From contig CAYUNC010000001.1 in NCBI GenBank assembly GCA_964445915.1, positions 1-58,107 of the forward strand: 58,107 nucleotides of DNA, in the 5' to 3' direction. A program made the translations under genes and the position numbers. Below the pieces are notes generated by a model. It was not told the DNA's origin. It ran no database searches and saw nothing but the letters and a program-made list of their open reading frames with translations. This document shows, in pieces, positions 25,689-33,720 of the stretch; position 1 is the first letter of the stretch, and every line of letters begins with the position of its first letter. The DNA is from an uncultured Arcobacter sp. (GTDB lineage: Bacteria; Campylobacterota; Campylobacteria; Campylobacterales; Arcobacteraceae).

Positions 25689-25732
25689 ACTACCCTAAAT
25701 ATTTAAATGTTGTTCATATTATAAATAAGGAG

Positions 25733-25755
25733 AACAATATGGAAAAAACTCAAAT
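25733..25755 (+). repeat. 23-bp direct repeat, right copy
   Basis: Covers the RBS spacer and the first 5 codons (MEKTQ) of the next gene. Confidence 0.9.
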
Positions 25756-26008
25756 CAATTACAGAAAATCAGACCAACTAAACTTTCTGCAAACCTGCCA
25801 AGAAATTGATCAGCTTGATGGTATCGGTATTAACGAGAGAGAGTACCGAAAGCTGGTAAAAGAAACTTATAAAGCTTGTAGATATATTTGTGATTTGGAA
25901 ACCTGTTTAACTAATTTGAATATTTTAACTGATTCAAATCAAATTTACTTGAATCAGTTAAGAAATGATATAGTAAATTTGTGGGAATCTTTCACAAAAG
26001 CTAATTAG
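25739..26008 (+). CDS. Hypothetical protein (start moved to MEKTQ)
   Basis: AAGGAG lies 6 nt upstream of the ATG at 25739. The RBS and first 5 codons are identical to those of the gene at 25239. Confidence 0.55.
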   Translation: MEKTQINYRKSDQLNFLQTCQEIDQLDGIGINEREYRKLVKETYKACRYICDLETCLTNLNILTDSNQIYLNQLRNDIVNLWESFTKAN

Positions 26009-26067
26009 CTTTAACCACAAATTTCTGGTTTTTAATCAAAAACAATTTAAATATTTCATGTTAGTCA

Positions 26068-26124
26068 AAAGGAGGATCGTCGTTAAGACTTCGGTGTTCA
26101 TGTCGGAGTCTTAACGATGTATAC
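26068..26124 (+). promoter_or_regulatory. Split-SD leader hairpin L7
   Basis: AAAGGAGG, a perfect 10-bp helix CGTTAAGACT/AGTCTTAACG plus flanking pairs, then GTATACATGATG. Confidence 0.65.
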
Positions 26125-26829
26125 ATGATGAAGGTAACTCTGTATAAAATTACTGATTCGAATGGACAGACATATGGCGGATGTCAATGGGGTGAAGGGG
26201 TACAGCATGAAACCAGCGGAGAAGGTTATTTATGTGGTCCTGGATGGACCCATTGGTATGTTAATCCAGTATTGGCAGTCATGCTTAATCCAATTCATGG
26301 TGGTTATGATTTAAAGACCGCCATAATGTGGAAAGGCGAAGGAAGTATTGGTATAGATGATTTTGGTCTTAAAGTAGGATGTCGGGATGGCAAAACTTTG
26401 GAGAAAATTGAATTACCTAGTGTTACTATAAATCAGCGAATTGCTTTTGGAATTCTTTGCGCAATGGAAGTTTATCAAAAACCAGAATTTATCAGATGGG
26501 CTAAAAATTGGTTATCAGAAAAAAAGACCAATATAACAGAAAAAATGTACACACATTGGTTGCTGCCTGATTCAATGAGACCTTTTTTAGAAACTGAAGA
26601 CCCAGAAAAAGCTGCTGCATTATGGGCAGTGAATGCAACAATAAAAGCAGATATAGAAGCAAAGCAAGCACTAGAAACATCTACAACATCAGTAAATATG
26701 AAACTTGCTGAAGAAGCAGCAGCAGAAGCAGCAGCAGAAGCAGTAGAATATGCAGTAGAAGCTGCATCAAATAAAGGAAAAATAATCGATTTAATAACGC
26801 TGGCATACAAAGCATTAGAGATAAAATAA
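26125..26829 (+). CDS. Hypothetical protein with Ala/Glu-rich C-terminus
   Basis: Preceded by leader L7. GC higher than background. Confidence 0.6.
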   Translation: MMKVTLYKITDSNGQTYGGCQWGEGVQHETSGEGYLCGPGWTHWYVNPVLAVMLNPIHGGYDLKTAIMWKGEGSIGIDDFGLKVGCRDGKTLEKIELPSVTINQRIAFGILCAMEVYQKPEFIRWAKNWLSEKKTNITEKMYTHWLLPDSMRPFLETEDPEKAAALWAVNATIKADIEAKQALETSTTSVNMKLAEEAAAEAAAEAVEYAVEAASNKGKIIDLITLAYKALEIK

Positions 26830-26959
26830 AAGTTAATAACCAAAAAAATCAACAATAGGTCGATCAACTAAAACATCGATAGAACCAGCAGACCAAACCG
26901 ATCTGCTGCTTGAACTGTTAATCACTAGATCTAAATTTGGATTTTTATACGGATTTAAT

Positions 26960-27538
26960 ATGACTAATTCCTCAGTAAGGGAACAATTGCTTAAGTTGTT
27001 GCGTCAGGAAGCTTTAGAATTTAAAGATGTTATTTTATCATCAGGCCGACGTAGTAATTATTACATTGATTGTCGTCGGGTAACTCTGTCTGCAATGGGT
27101 GCATATCTAACTGCCAAACTAGTTATGCAGCATTTATCTCCTCAGACGGTGGATGCTATTGGTGGTCTTACTCTGGGTGCAGATCCAATCGTTGCTGCCG
27201 TAGCTGCAATTAGTTATCAGGAAGGTCATCCTATTCATGCCTTTATTGTACGCAAGAAAGCTAAAGACCATGGTCATCAGTACCTAATCGAAGGCTCGTA
27301 TCTGGCACAAAGAGCACGGGTAGCTATTATTGATGATGTTGTTACCAGTGGTAATTCAATCATTAAGGCCATTCGAATAGTACAGCAGCAAACTGATTGG
27401 CAGATTGCCAGAGTAATGTGTCTGGTTGATCGCCAAGAAGGAGCCAGGAAACTTCTGGCTCGAAAAGGTTATGAACTAAGTGTTCTGTTTACTTGGGATG
27501 AACTTATATTTCCTTACCAGATTGATTGGAATAAATAA
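26960..27538 (+). CDS. pyrE: Orotate phosphoribosyltransferase
   Basis: RKKAKDHG and the PRPP loop VAIIDDVVTSGNS. Aligns along its length with E. coli PyrE as remembered. Confidence 0.85.
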   Translation: MTNSSVREQLLKLLRQEALEFKDVILSSGRRSNYYIDCRRVTLSAMGAYLTAKLVMQHLSPQTVDAIGGLTLGADPIVAAVAAISYQEGHPIHAFIVRKKAKDHGHQYLIEGSYLAQRARVAIIDDVVTSGNSIIKAIRIVQQQTDWQIARVMCLVDRQEGARKLLARKGYELSVLFTWDELIFPYQIDWNK

Positions 27539-27590
27539 TTTATTTTTTTTTAGTTTACTTAATTTAATAAATATGATATAAACTTAGCTA

Positions 27591-27875
27591 ATGAAATTAT
27601 TAGTTAACGCTTACAAGAATAAATCTCCATTAGCAATGGCAAATGAAATTGACTGTGAAATTAATGTTTACAGACAGACATCAATTCATGTATTAGTAGA
27701 TAATGATAAGGTAGAATATATTAAAGATATAGATGAAAACACATATCTTGCTGCTGTAAAAATATCTTTGGTAGAAGATCATTATAACTGGTGTGTTATT
27801 GATCTTCCATCTAATTGGCCGGATGTAACAATTGTTGGCGTTGAAAAAAAATATATTATAGAGAAGGAGGAGTAA
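27591..27875 (+). CDS. Hypothetical protein
   Basis: ORF only. Confidence 0.45.
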   Translation: MKLLVNAYKNKSPLAMANEIDCEINVYRQTSIHVLVDNDKVEYIKDIDENTYLAAVKISLVEDHYNWCVIDLPSNWPDVTIVGVEKKYIIEKEE

Positions 27876-27880
27876 AAAAA

Positions 27881-28063
27881 ATGGAAAAAAAATACGTAGA
27901 AACTGTTGGTTCTCCCAATTCAGTAACATTATCCGTATCCACAAAGGATGTCTATACCTGGGACATCAAAATTTACTTTGGGGATGGTGTCGATGAAATC
28001 GATACTGCTTTGACAAAAATCAAATATATCGATGAACAACTCAAAAAAACATATAGAAAATAA
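27881..28063 (+). CDS. Hypothetical protein
   Basis: AAGGAGGAG upstream. Confidence 0.5.
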   Translation: MEKKYVETVGSPNSVTLSVSTKDVYTWDIKIYFGDGVDEIDTALTKIKYIDEQLKKTYRK

Positions 28064-28102
28064 AAATCTGTTAAGTAATCAAAAAATGTGGAGGGAAAAG
28101 AT

Positions 28103-28924
28103 ATGGATCATGTGAATCCTTTTTTTAAAGTAGAAAAAGTTCCTGTTCAAACAATCATGGGAAACACAATTCGCAACAAGTATGCATTAGTGAATTGTGA
28201 AAATGGAGAAACTCTCGGTTTAGTGGACAGGAAGTACAAATTGGTAACAAATCGGCAAATTGCTGATTTGTTCTACGAATTTACTAATCGTTATGATGTT
28301 AATGTTGTTAAAGATTTTGTTGACTCAATCGGAAAACGTTGGAAGCGATGGGTAGTATTCAAGGGTGATAATAAAATTTATAATATTGATGGTCGTAATG
28401 ATACTATTAATATTATGATAGAAATTTTTAACTCATATACCGGAAAAAGCTCTTTTGGGTATGAAATAATGGCATACAGATCGTATTGCAATAACGGATG
28501 TGTGTTTGGGAAACGTTCCTTATTAAAAGTTAACTATCATCACTTCCATGGTAATCCAGACAAACTTATGCTTGATTTTGATAGCCGTATGAACGTTTGT
28601 CATGATAATATCAACATTTGGAGAAGTTGGGTCGGCAAAAAAATAACGATTAACGATTTTTATAAATTTGCAGAAAAAAAAGTCAATGAAAGACTATTAA
28701 CAAAAATCATTTCCAAATGGAAAACGGAACTTGGAAATGATACCAATATGTGGTATGCCTATAACATGATTACAGCTATGGCTACACATGAAACTAAGGC
28801 ACGTAAGGGTAGCCACATATTCTCTAACGGTTATAAAAACTTAATAGAGCTGGCTGAAAATTTTCATAATATTAAAATAGAAACTATAAAACCAGTCGTT
28901 GTACCTGAACAACTAACCACTTAA
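28103..28924 (+). CDS. DUF932-like phage/plasmid protein
   Basis: GGAGGG lies 8 nt upstream of the ATG at 28103. The N-terminal YALVNxENGETLGLVDRKYKLVTNRQ pattern resembles DUF932 (from memory). Confidence 0.45.
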   Translation: MDHVNPFFKVEKVPVQTIMGNTIRNKYALVNCENGETLGLVDRKYKLVTNRQIADLFYEFTNRYDVNVVKDFVDSIGKRWKRWVVFKGDNKIYNIDGRNDTINIMIEIFNSYTGKSSFGYEIMAYRSYCNNGCVFGKRSLLKVNYHHFHGNPDKLMLDFDSRMNVCHDNINIWRSWVGKKITINDFYKFAEKKVNERLLTKIISKWKTELGNDTNMWYAYNMITAMATHETKARKGSHIFSNGYKNLIELAENFHNIKIETIKPVVVPEQLTT

Positions 28925-28940
28925 ATAACATTAAACAAAA

Positions 28941-28972
28941 ATGCTAGCTAGTGTATCTAGCTAGCATTTTTT
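28941..28972 (+). terminator. Intrinsic terminator
   Basis: 11-bp perfect stem ATGCTAGCTAG/CTAGCTAGCAT, 5-nt loop, T6 tract. Confidence 0.7.
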
Positions 28973-29007
28973 ATCCATTTTAGTAATAATTGAAGAAAGG
29001 ATATACA

Positions 29008-29325
29008 ATGTATACTTATATCGATAACTCTATTCTTAATTATTATAATAAATTTAAAAAGATAGTCGATTTAGATGATACTGAAAGAGATTGTTTTAAG
29101 ACTATTCTTAGCAAAGACGGGTATGATTTTTTTGTTGTGGATAAAAATAAAAAGATATATGGTGCTGACAATTCTAACAAAATTGCTGTAAAACTTGGCG
29201 ATTCAAGAGATCTTGACATGATTTTTGAACAAAGACTTCAAGATTTCAATTTAAATAAAGAGGAAAAATTTTTTCTTAGAAGTTTATATATAGCTAGTAT
29301 TTTTAGTCCCACTAAAGAAGAATAA
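29008..29325 (+). CDS. Hypothetical protein
   Basis: The ATG at 29008 follows AAAGGA. The track TTG start at 28990 is less likely. Confidence 0.45.
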   Translation: MYTYIDNSILNYYNKFKKIVDLDDTERDCFKTILSKDGYDFFVVDKNKKIYGADNSNKIAVKLGDSRDLDMIFEQRLQDFNLNKEEKFFLRSLYIASIFSPTKEE

Positions 29326-29344
29326 AAATATACTGGAGGTATCA

Positions 29345-29941
29345 TTGAAATTAGGATTTGATTTTGATGGTGTTATATGTGATATAAGTGAATATTTAAT
29401 CAAAAAGGTTTCTGAAAAGTTACAAAGAGATATTACCAAAGATGACTTTAAAAAATATCATTTGAACAAATCTTTTCCAGATGAGTTAAGTAAAACTGAT
29501 GTCACAGAAATTATAAAAGAGGTTATTGAGTATGATAAACACCCATTAATTGATGGTGCTCGTTATTTTTTTGATAATTTTTATAATAAAGAATTTGGTA
29601 AACAAATTAATATAATTACAGGCAGGCCATCTTGGTCTACTTCAATATCTAAATTTATGTTTAACCATTTTCCTGATTTTAAAATATCCATAATTCATGT
29701 TAATAATATGGAAAAAGGATTGCCTGCTAAAAAAATTGGTATTACTCACTTTGTAGAAGATAATTTATATGCTTCCATTGATCTTGCTAATCATGGCATT
29801 GTTCCTATAATTTTTAATCAGCCATGGAATAAAGTTTCAGAAAGAACACTTTTAAATAATGTTGCAATTAGAGTAAGAACATGGAAAGAAATTGAAAAAT
29901 ATATAACAGAAAGGAGGAACGTCGTTTCTTCTCTGGTATGA
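29345..29941 (+). CDS. HAD-family 5'(3')-deoxyribonucleotidase-like
   Basis: Motif I DFDGV at residues 6-10. TTG start 5 nt after GGAGG. The last 10 codons are encoded by leader L8. Confidence 0.55.
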   Translation: MKLGFDFDGVICDISEYLIKKVSEKLQRDITKDDFKKYHLNKSFPDELSKTDVTEIIKEVIEYDKHPLIDGARYFFDNFYNKEFGKQINIITGRPSWSTSISKFMFNHFPDFKISIIHVNNMEKGLPAKKIGITHFVEDNLYASIDLANHGIVPIIFNQPWNKVSERTLLNNVAIRVRTWKEIEKYITERRNVVSSLV

Positions 29942-29969
29942 ATACCAGAGTTTCCACGGCGCATATGTG
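29910..29969 (+). promoter_or_regulatory. Split-SD leader hairpin L8 (overlaps the 3' end of the HAD gene)
   Basis: AAAGGAGG at 29910..29917, loop GGTATGAATACC, then CGGCGCATATGTGATG. Confidence 0.6.
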
Positions 29970-30137
29970 ATGAAATTAAGTTTAGAAGTAAGTAGTGATC
30001 TTCTTGTTGATGTTTTTGAAGACATAAAAACCAAAATTTTAAGTGGTAAATATAATAATAGTATTTCCGATAAATTTCTATTAAATATAGTTAATGCGTT
30101 GATTAGTAAAAAGAAAGAAATATTCTTAACAAGATAA
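29970..30137 (+). CDS. Small hypothetical protein (55 aa, below the ORF-track cutoff)
   Basis: Found because leader L8 ends in GCATATGTGATGAAA at 29961..29975. Open for 55 codons. Confidence 0.55.
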   Translation: MKLSLEVSSDLLVDVFEDIKTKILSGKYNNSISDKFLLNIVNALISKKKEIFLTR

Positions 30138-30207
30138 ATTAATAAAATTATAAAATACGATATTTATTATTAATTAGATTATATATTAACAAGGAGGATC
30201 TTTAAAA

Positions 30208-30936
30208 TTGAATTGTCTAAATTGTAAGTTTTTTCTGCATGAAGAAATAAAAACTATTACTAATGGTAAATGTACTAAACATACTTCATATTTTGCATGT
30301 AAACATGAAAAAGCCGAAAGAAGAGGAATTGCTTTTCTAGGAAAATCAATTTCTCCAGGAGATATACCATATGCATGTCCATTGATTAATACACCAATAT
30401 TAATTGGATTATGTGGTGATCCAGGTAGTGGAAAAGATACTGTAGCTAAAATACTTCGTGATAAATATAAGTTTATGAATTTATCTTTTGCTGAAAGAGG
30501 AAAAAAAATAATTAATGAAATTTTTGACTTAGATTCAGATCAATTATGGGGTAATAAAAAAGAAATTATTGATGAAAGATATAATAAAACACCAAGACAA
30601 ATAATGCAAATAATTATTCATGGGTTTCGTAAAGTTAATGAAGATGTTTGGATCAATTATATAAGGAAAGAAATGAAAAATTATTATTTTAATTTATTTG
30701 TAATTTCTGATGTTAGAATGAAAAACGAATTTAAATTTATTAAAGAAAATAACGGAATAATAATTAAAGTTGTAAGACCAGATTTAAATTTTACACCAAG
30801 TCATATAACTGATACAGATATAAAAGATGAAAAACCTGATTATATTATTATTAACAATAAAAATGTATCAGATCTCGAAGAAAATGTAATTTCTTTAATG
30901 GAATCTATCAAAAAGGAGTGTATAAAGAATGTTTAA
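30208..30936 (+). CDS. P-loop kinase, dNMP-kinase-like, with N-terminal Cys cluster
   Basis: GDPGSGKDT P-loop. Adjacent to dUTPase. TTG start after AAGGAGG. Confidence 0.5.
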   Translation: MNCLNCKFFLHEEIKTITNGKCTKHTSYFACKHEKAERRGIAFLGKSISPGDIPYACPLINTPILIGLCGDPGSGKDTVAKILRDKYKFMNLSFAERGKKIINEIFDLDSDQLWGNKKEIIDERYNKTPRQIMQIIIHGFRKVNEDVWINYIRKEMKNYYFNLFVISDVRMKNEFKFIKENNGIIIKVVRPDLNFTPSHITDTDIKDEKPDYIIINNKNVSDLEENVISLMESIKKECIKNV

Positions 30937-31375
30937 TATAAAATTGTGTCATCCGGATGCAATAATTCCTGATAAAGCGTATGATGGTGATGCAGGATAT
31001 GACTTGTATGCTTGTGAAGATATCAAAATTTTACCAAACAAAAGATATTTTGTTCCAGTTGGAATAAAAACCGAATTTCCAGCTAATTATGTATGTCTCA
31101 TAAAAGACAGAAGCAGCACAACAAAAAATTATTTTTGTGTCGCTGGTGTTATTGATTCAGGTTTTCGTGGTAGTTGGTTAGTACAAATAATAGGTAGAAA
31201 AAAATATGCTATTAAAAAGGGTGAAAAAATTGCTCAATTTTTAGTATTACCATGTTGGAATGGTAAACTAAATATTGTAGATGAAGTTAGTGATTCTGAA
31301 CGTGGTAATAAAAAACTTGGAAGCAGTGGAAAACACAGGAGAAAAAAATATGATAGACAGAATAACACAAAATGA
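30929..31375 (+). CDS. dut: dUTPase
   Basis: Motifs AGYDL, RSS and GVIDSGFRG. Confidence 0.85.
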   Translation: MFNIKLCHPDAIIPDKAYDGDAGYDLYACEDIKILPNKRYFVPVGIKTEFPANYVCLIKDRSSTTKNYFCVAGVIDSGFRGSWLVQIIGRKKYAIKKGEKIAQFLVLPCWNGKLNIVDEVSDSERGNKKLGSSGKHRRKKYDRQNNTK

Positions 31376-31517
31376 ATTTGACAAAATTTTATTTAAAATC
31401 TTGTCAAAAAAAAGTATTAATGACATCATAAAAATACCTGGTATTTACGATATACTATCAGATTTTTATATTAATGATATTTTTGATTTTTGGGAAAAAG
31501 ACAAAAAGAAAAACTAA
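31350..31517 (+). CDS. Small hypothetical protein (start moved to MIDRIT)
   Basis: CAGGAG lies 8 nt upstream of the ATG at 31350. Confidence 0.45.
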   Translation: MIDRITQNEFDKILFKILSKKSINDIIKIPGIYDILSDFYINDIFDFWEKDKKKN

Positions 31518-32431
31518 AAAATATTTTTAAGAGCAGCTTTTAATATATCTGTGTATTTTATATTTTTCTTTATGTCTTCATAAGCGTTTAAGGCAAACTC
31601 TTTTCTTTCGTTGTCATGTTTTAAATAATAATCAAATTTATCTACCATATCAGTTTTATTCTTAAATTCTATAAAATGTTTACCAGAAATAAATGGACCA
31701 TATCCACCACTGGTCTTTTCACATAACAAAAATTTTTTCTTACATTGAATCATAAGTGATCTAAGTGGTGTATAAAACCATTTATCATGTGCTTTAATGT
31801 TAATATTTATTTTAGCTCTTAGAATATTTATATCTCTTTCTTTTCCCCAAATTGCTTTGGGTGTATATATATTATACTTATTATGAAGTATATTAAGAAA
31901 ATTATTTCTCCTTTTTGTTATGCTACCAAAAAAGAATCCATCAAGATCTTCGTCGATTTCTAAATTAGATTCAAATACAGAAGAGTAACCTAAAGGACAG
32001 AAAATAACATTGTTGGTTCCCTGTTTTATTTTGGTATTCTCTTCATATAATTCAAGACAAATATCATACCAACTGCTAAGATCGTAAAATCCTCTTTCTC
32101 TTCTATTCCATAATTCCTCTGCTTGTACCAATATCCTATATCCATTATTGGATGGTCTGTAGTTTTTTAAAGCGGGAAACACAAAACATAGATCAGCAGA
32201 TATATCCTCTTTTTTATTAGTTATGTTAATGTATCTGAATCCAATTTCCTTTAATGAAAATTTTAAAGCTTCTGCCCATTCATCAAACACTGCCGCTATC
32301 AACAATATACAAACTCTTGCTTCTGGTGGATGTATCTTAAATTTTCCTTGTTTTATTAATTCTCTTTTTTTGTTTTTTAGTAAACTGTCTGGTGTTTTTA
32401 AATTTCTAAATGATTTTTTCTTTGCCATCAT
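31514..32431 (-). CDS. Hypothetical protein, possibly CgeB/GT1-like glycosyltransferase C-domain
   Basis: The C-terminal segment GKHFIEFKNKTDMVDKFDYYLKHDNERKEFALNAYE resembles that family (from memory). Confidence 0.35.
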   Translation of the reverse strand: MMAKKKSFRNLKTPDSLLKNKKRELIKQGKFKIHPPEARVCILLIAAVFDEWAEALKFSLKEIGFRYINITNKKEDISADLCFVFPALKNYRPSNNGYRILVQAEELWNRRERGFYDLSSWYDICLELYEENTKIKQGTNNVIFCPLGYSSVFESNLEIDEDLDGFFFGSITKRRNNFLNILHNKYNIYTPKAIWGKERDINILRAKININIKAHDKWFYTPLRSLMIQCKKKFLLCEKTSGGYGPFISGKHFIEFKNKTDMVDKFDYYLKHDNERKEFALNAYEDIKKNIKYTDILKAALKNIF

Positions 32432-32508
32432 ATATATGTTATGAAAATTTCAGTATTTATTTCGGTGATGAAATAGTAATTTTACTTTAATACATAAAAT
32501 TTAACTTT

Positions 32509-33225
32509 TTAATGATATGCCTGCTCAATTTCATCAACTACCAATTTTGCTGCTTCGACTGGATTATTTGCTTGGCGTATAGGTCTACCAACTACAATAT
32601 AATCAGCTCCAGCCTGAATCGCTTTATAAGGTGTAACTACTCGCTTTTGATCGTCAGCTGCTACTCTACTCCAATTCGGGCGAATTCCAGGACAGATAAC
32701 CAAAAAATCAGAACCAAAACACTCTTTAACCATCTTAACTTCTTGACCAGAACATATTACTCCACTACATCCAGCTGCTTTAGCAAGTCTTGCATGTAAT
32801 AGCACTAGTTTGATGGGGTTCAAAGCGTAATGGCGGTCATATCCCATGGTCAACAAATTATCACTGGAAAAACTAGTAAGCACAGTAACAGCCAAGAACT
32901 TAACCCTATTTTGCAAAACATCTATAGTTTCTTGTAGCATTTGTTGATCATGGTTACAATATACTGTAAAAAAATTTACATTTTTGAACAAATGATGATG
33001 AGCTGCCTTCAATGTAGTTGGAATGTCATTAAACTTAAGATCCAGAAAATAACCATCAGGTAATACATCAGCAAGAGTATTTAAAAATGATAATCCTTCA
33101 GCTACAAATAACTCCAGTCCTACCTTGAACATTCCTACCTGATCATAAAGCAGCTCAATCCAATTTAAAGCTGCTTGTCGGCTTGAAACATCCAAAGGAA
33201 ATATTAAACGATCTCTAGGATTCAC
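32509..33225 (-). CDS. pyrF: Orotidine-5'-phosphate decarboxylase
   Basis: DLKFNDIPTT and VGRPI motifs. GC higher than background. Confidence 0.9.
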   Translation of the reverse strand: MNPRDRLIFPLDVSSRQAALNWIELLYDQVGMFKVGLELFVAEGLSFLNTLADVLPDGYFLDLKFNDIPTTLKAAHHHLFKNVNFFTVYCNHDQQMLQETIDVLQNRVKFLAVTVLTSFSSDNLLTMGYDRHYALNPIKLVLLHARLAKAAGCSGVICSGQEVKMVKECFGSDFLVICPGIRPNWSRVAADDQKRVVTPYKAIQAGADYIVVGRPIRQANNPVEAAKLVVDEIEQAYH

Positions 33226-33242
33226 AATTATCTAAATTATAA

Positions 33243-33635
33243 TTATTCGTTTTTCTTTTTTAAAAATGAATAATCAATACCATGTTCACTATCATTATTA
33301 AATAAATGTTGATTATTATATAAAATATCTTTTATTTCACTATGTTTTTTCTGTTTATTAATATAGTTCATGAAACTTCGTTGACATATTGTCGTCACAT
33401 ATGCAAAAGCATTATCAGATTTATCCAAATTAAAGTTTTTGATATACTTAACACATGTTAAAACAGCGTCGCCAATCATATCATCAACCCATGTATAACC
33501 TGAAAAGTTTCCCTTGTTGGCATAATTTTTGGCTATATTCAATATCAGTTCACCTAATTTTTCTGAAAAAATACCGCTCTTTTTTAAATAATCTATTTGT
33601 TCTATTAATTCATCATTATTAATATAGTCACTCAT
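33243..33635 (-). CDS. Late-transcription sigma factor (T4 gp55 family)
   Basis: NFSGYTW...NAFAYVTTICQRSFMNYINKQKK aligns with T4 gp55 as remembered. Start placed after leader L10; the track start at 33665 lies inside the hairpin. Confidence 0.8.
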   Translation of the reverse strand: MSDYINNDELIEQIDYLKKSGIFSEKLGELILNIAKNYANKGNFSGYTWVDDMIGDAVLTCVKYIKNFNLDKSDNAFAYVTTICQRSFMNYINKQKKHSEIKDILYNNQHLFNNDSEHGIDYSFLKKKNE

Positions 33636-33698
33636 TATATATATGTGCCGTAGATACTTCAGCATTTATACCAAATGAAAAACAGCACACCTCCTTTT
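33636..33698 (-). promoter_or_regulatory. Split-SD leader hairpin L10 (gp55 gene)
   Basis: Reverse complement reads AAAGGAGGTGTGCTGT...GGTATAAATGC...ACGGCACATATATATAATG. Confidence 0.6.
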
Positions 33699-33720
33699 TG
33701 CTATAGTTGACGTAAATTTT

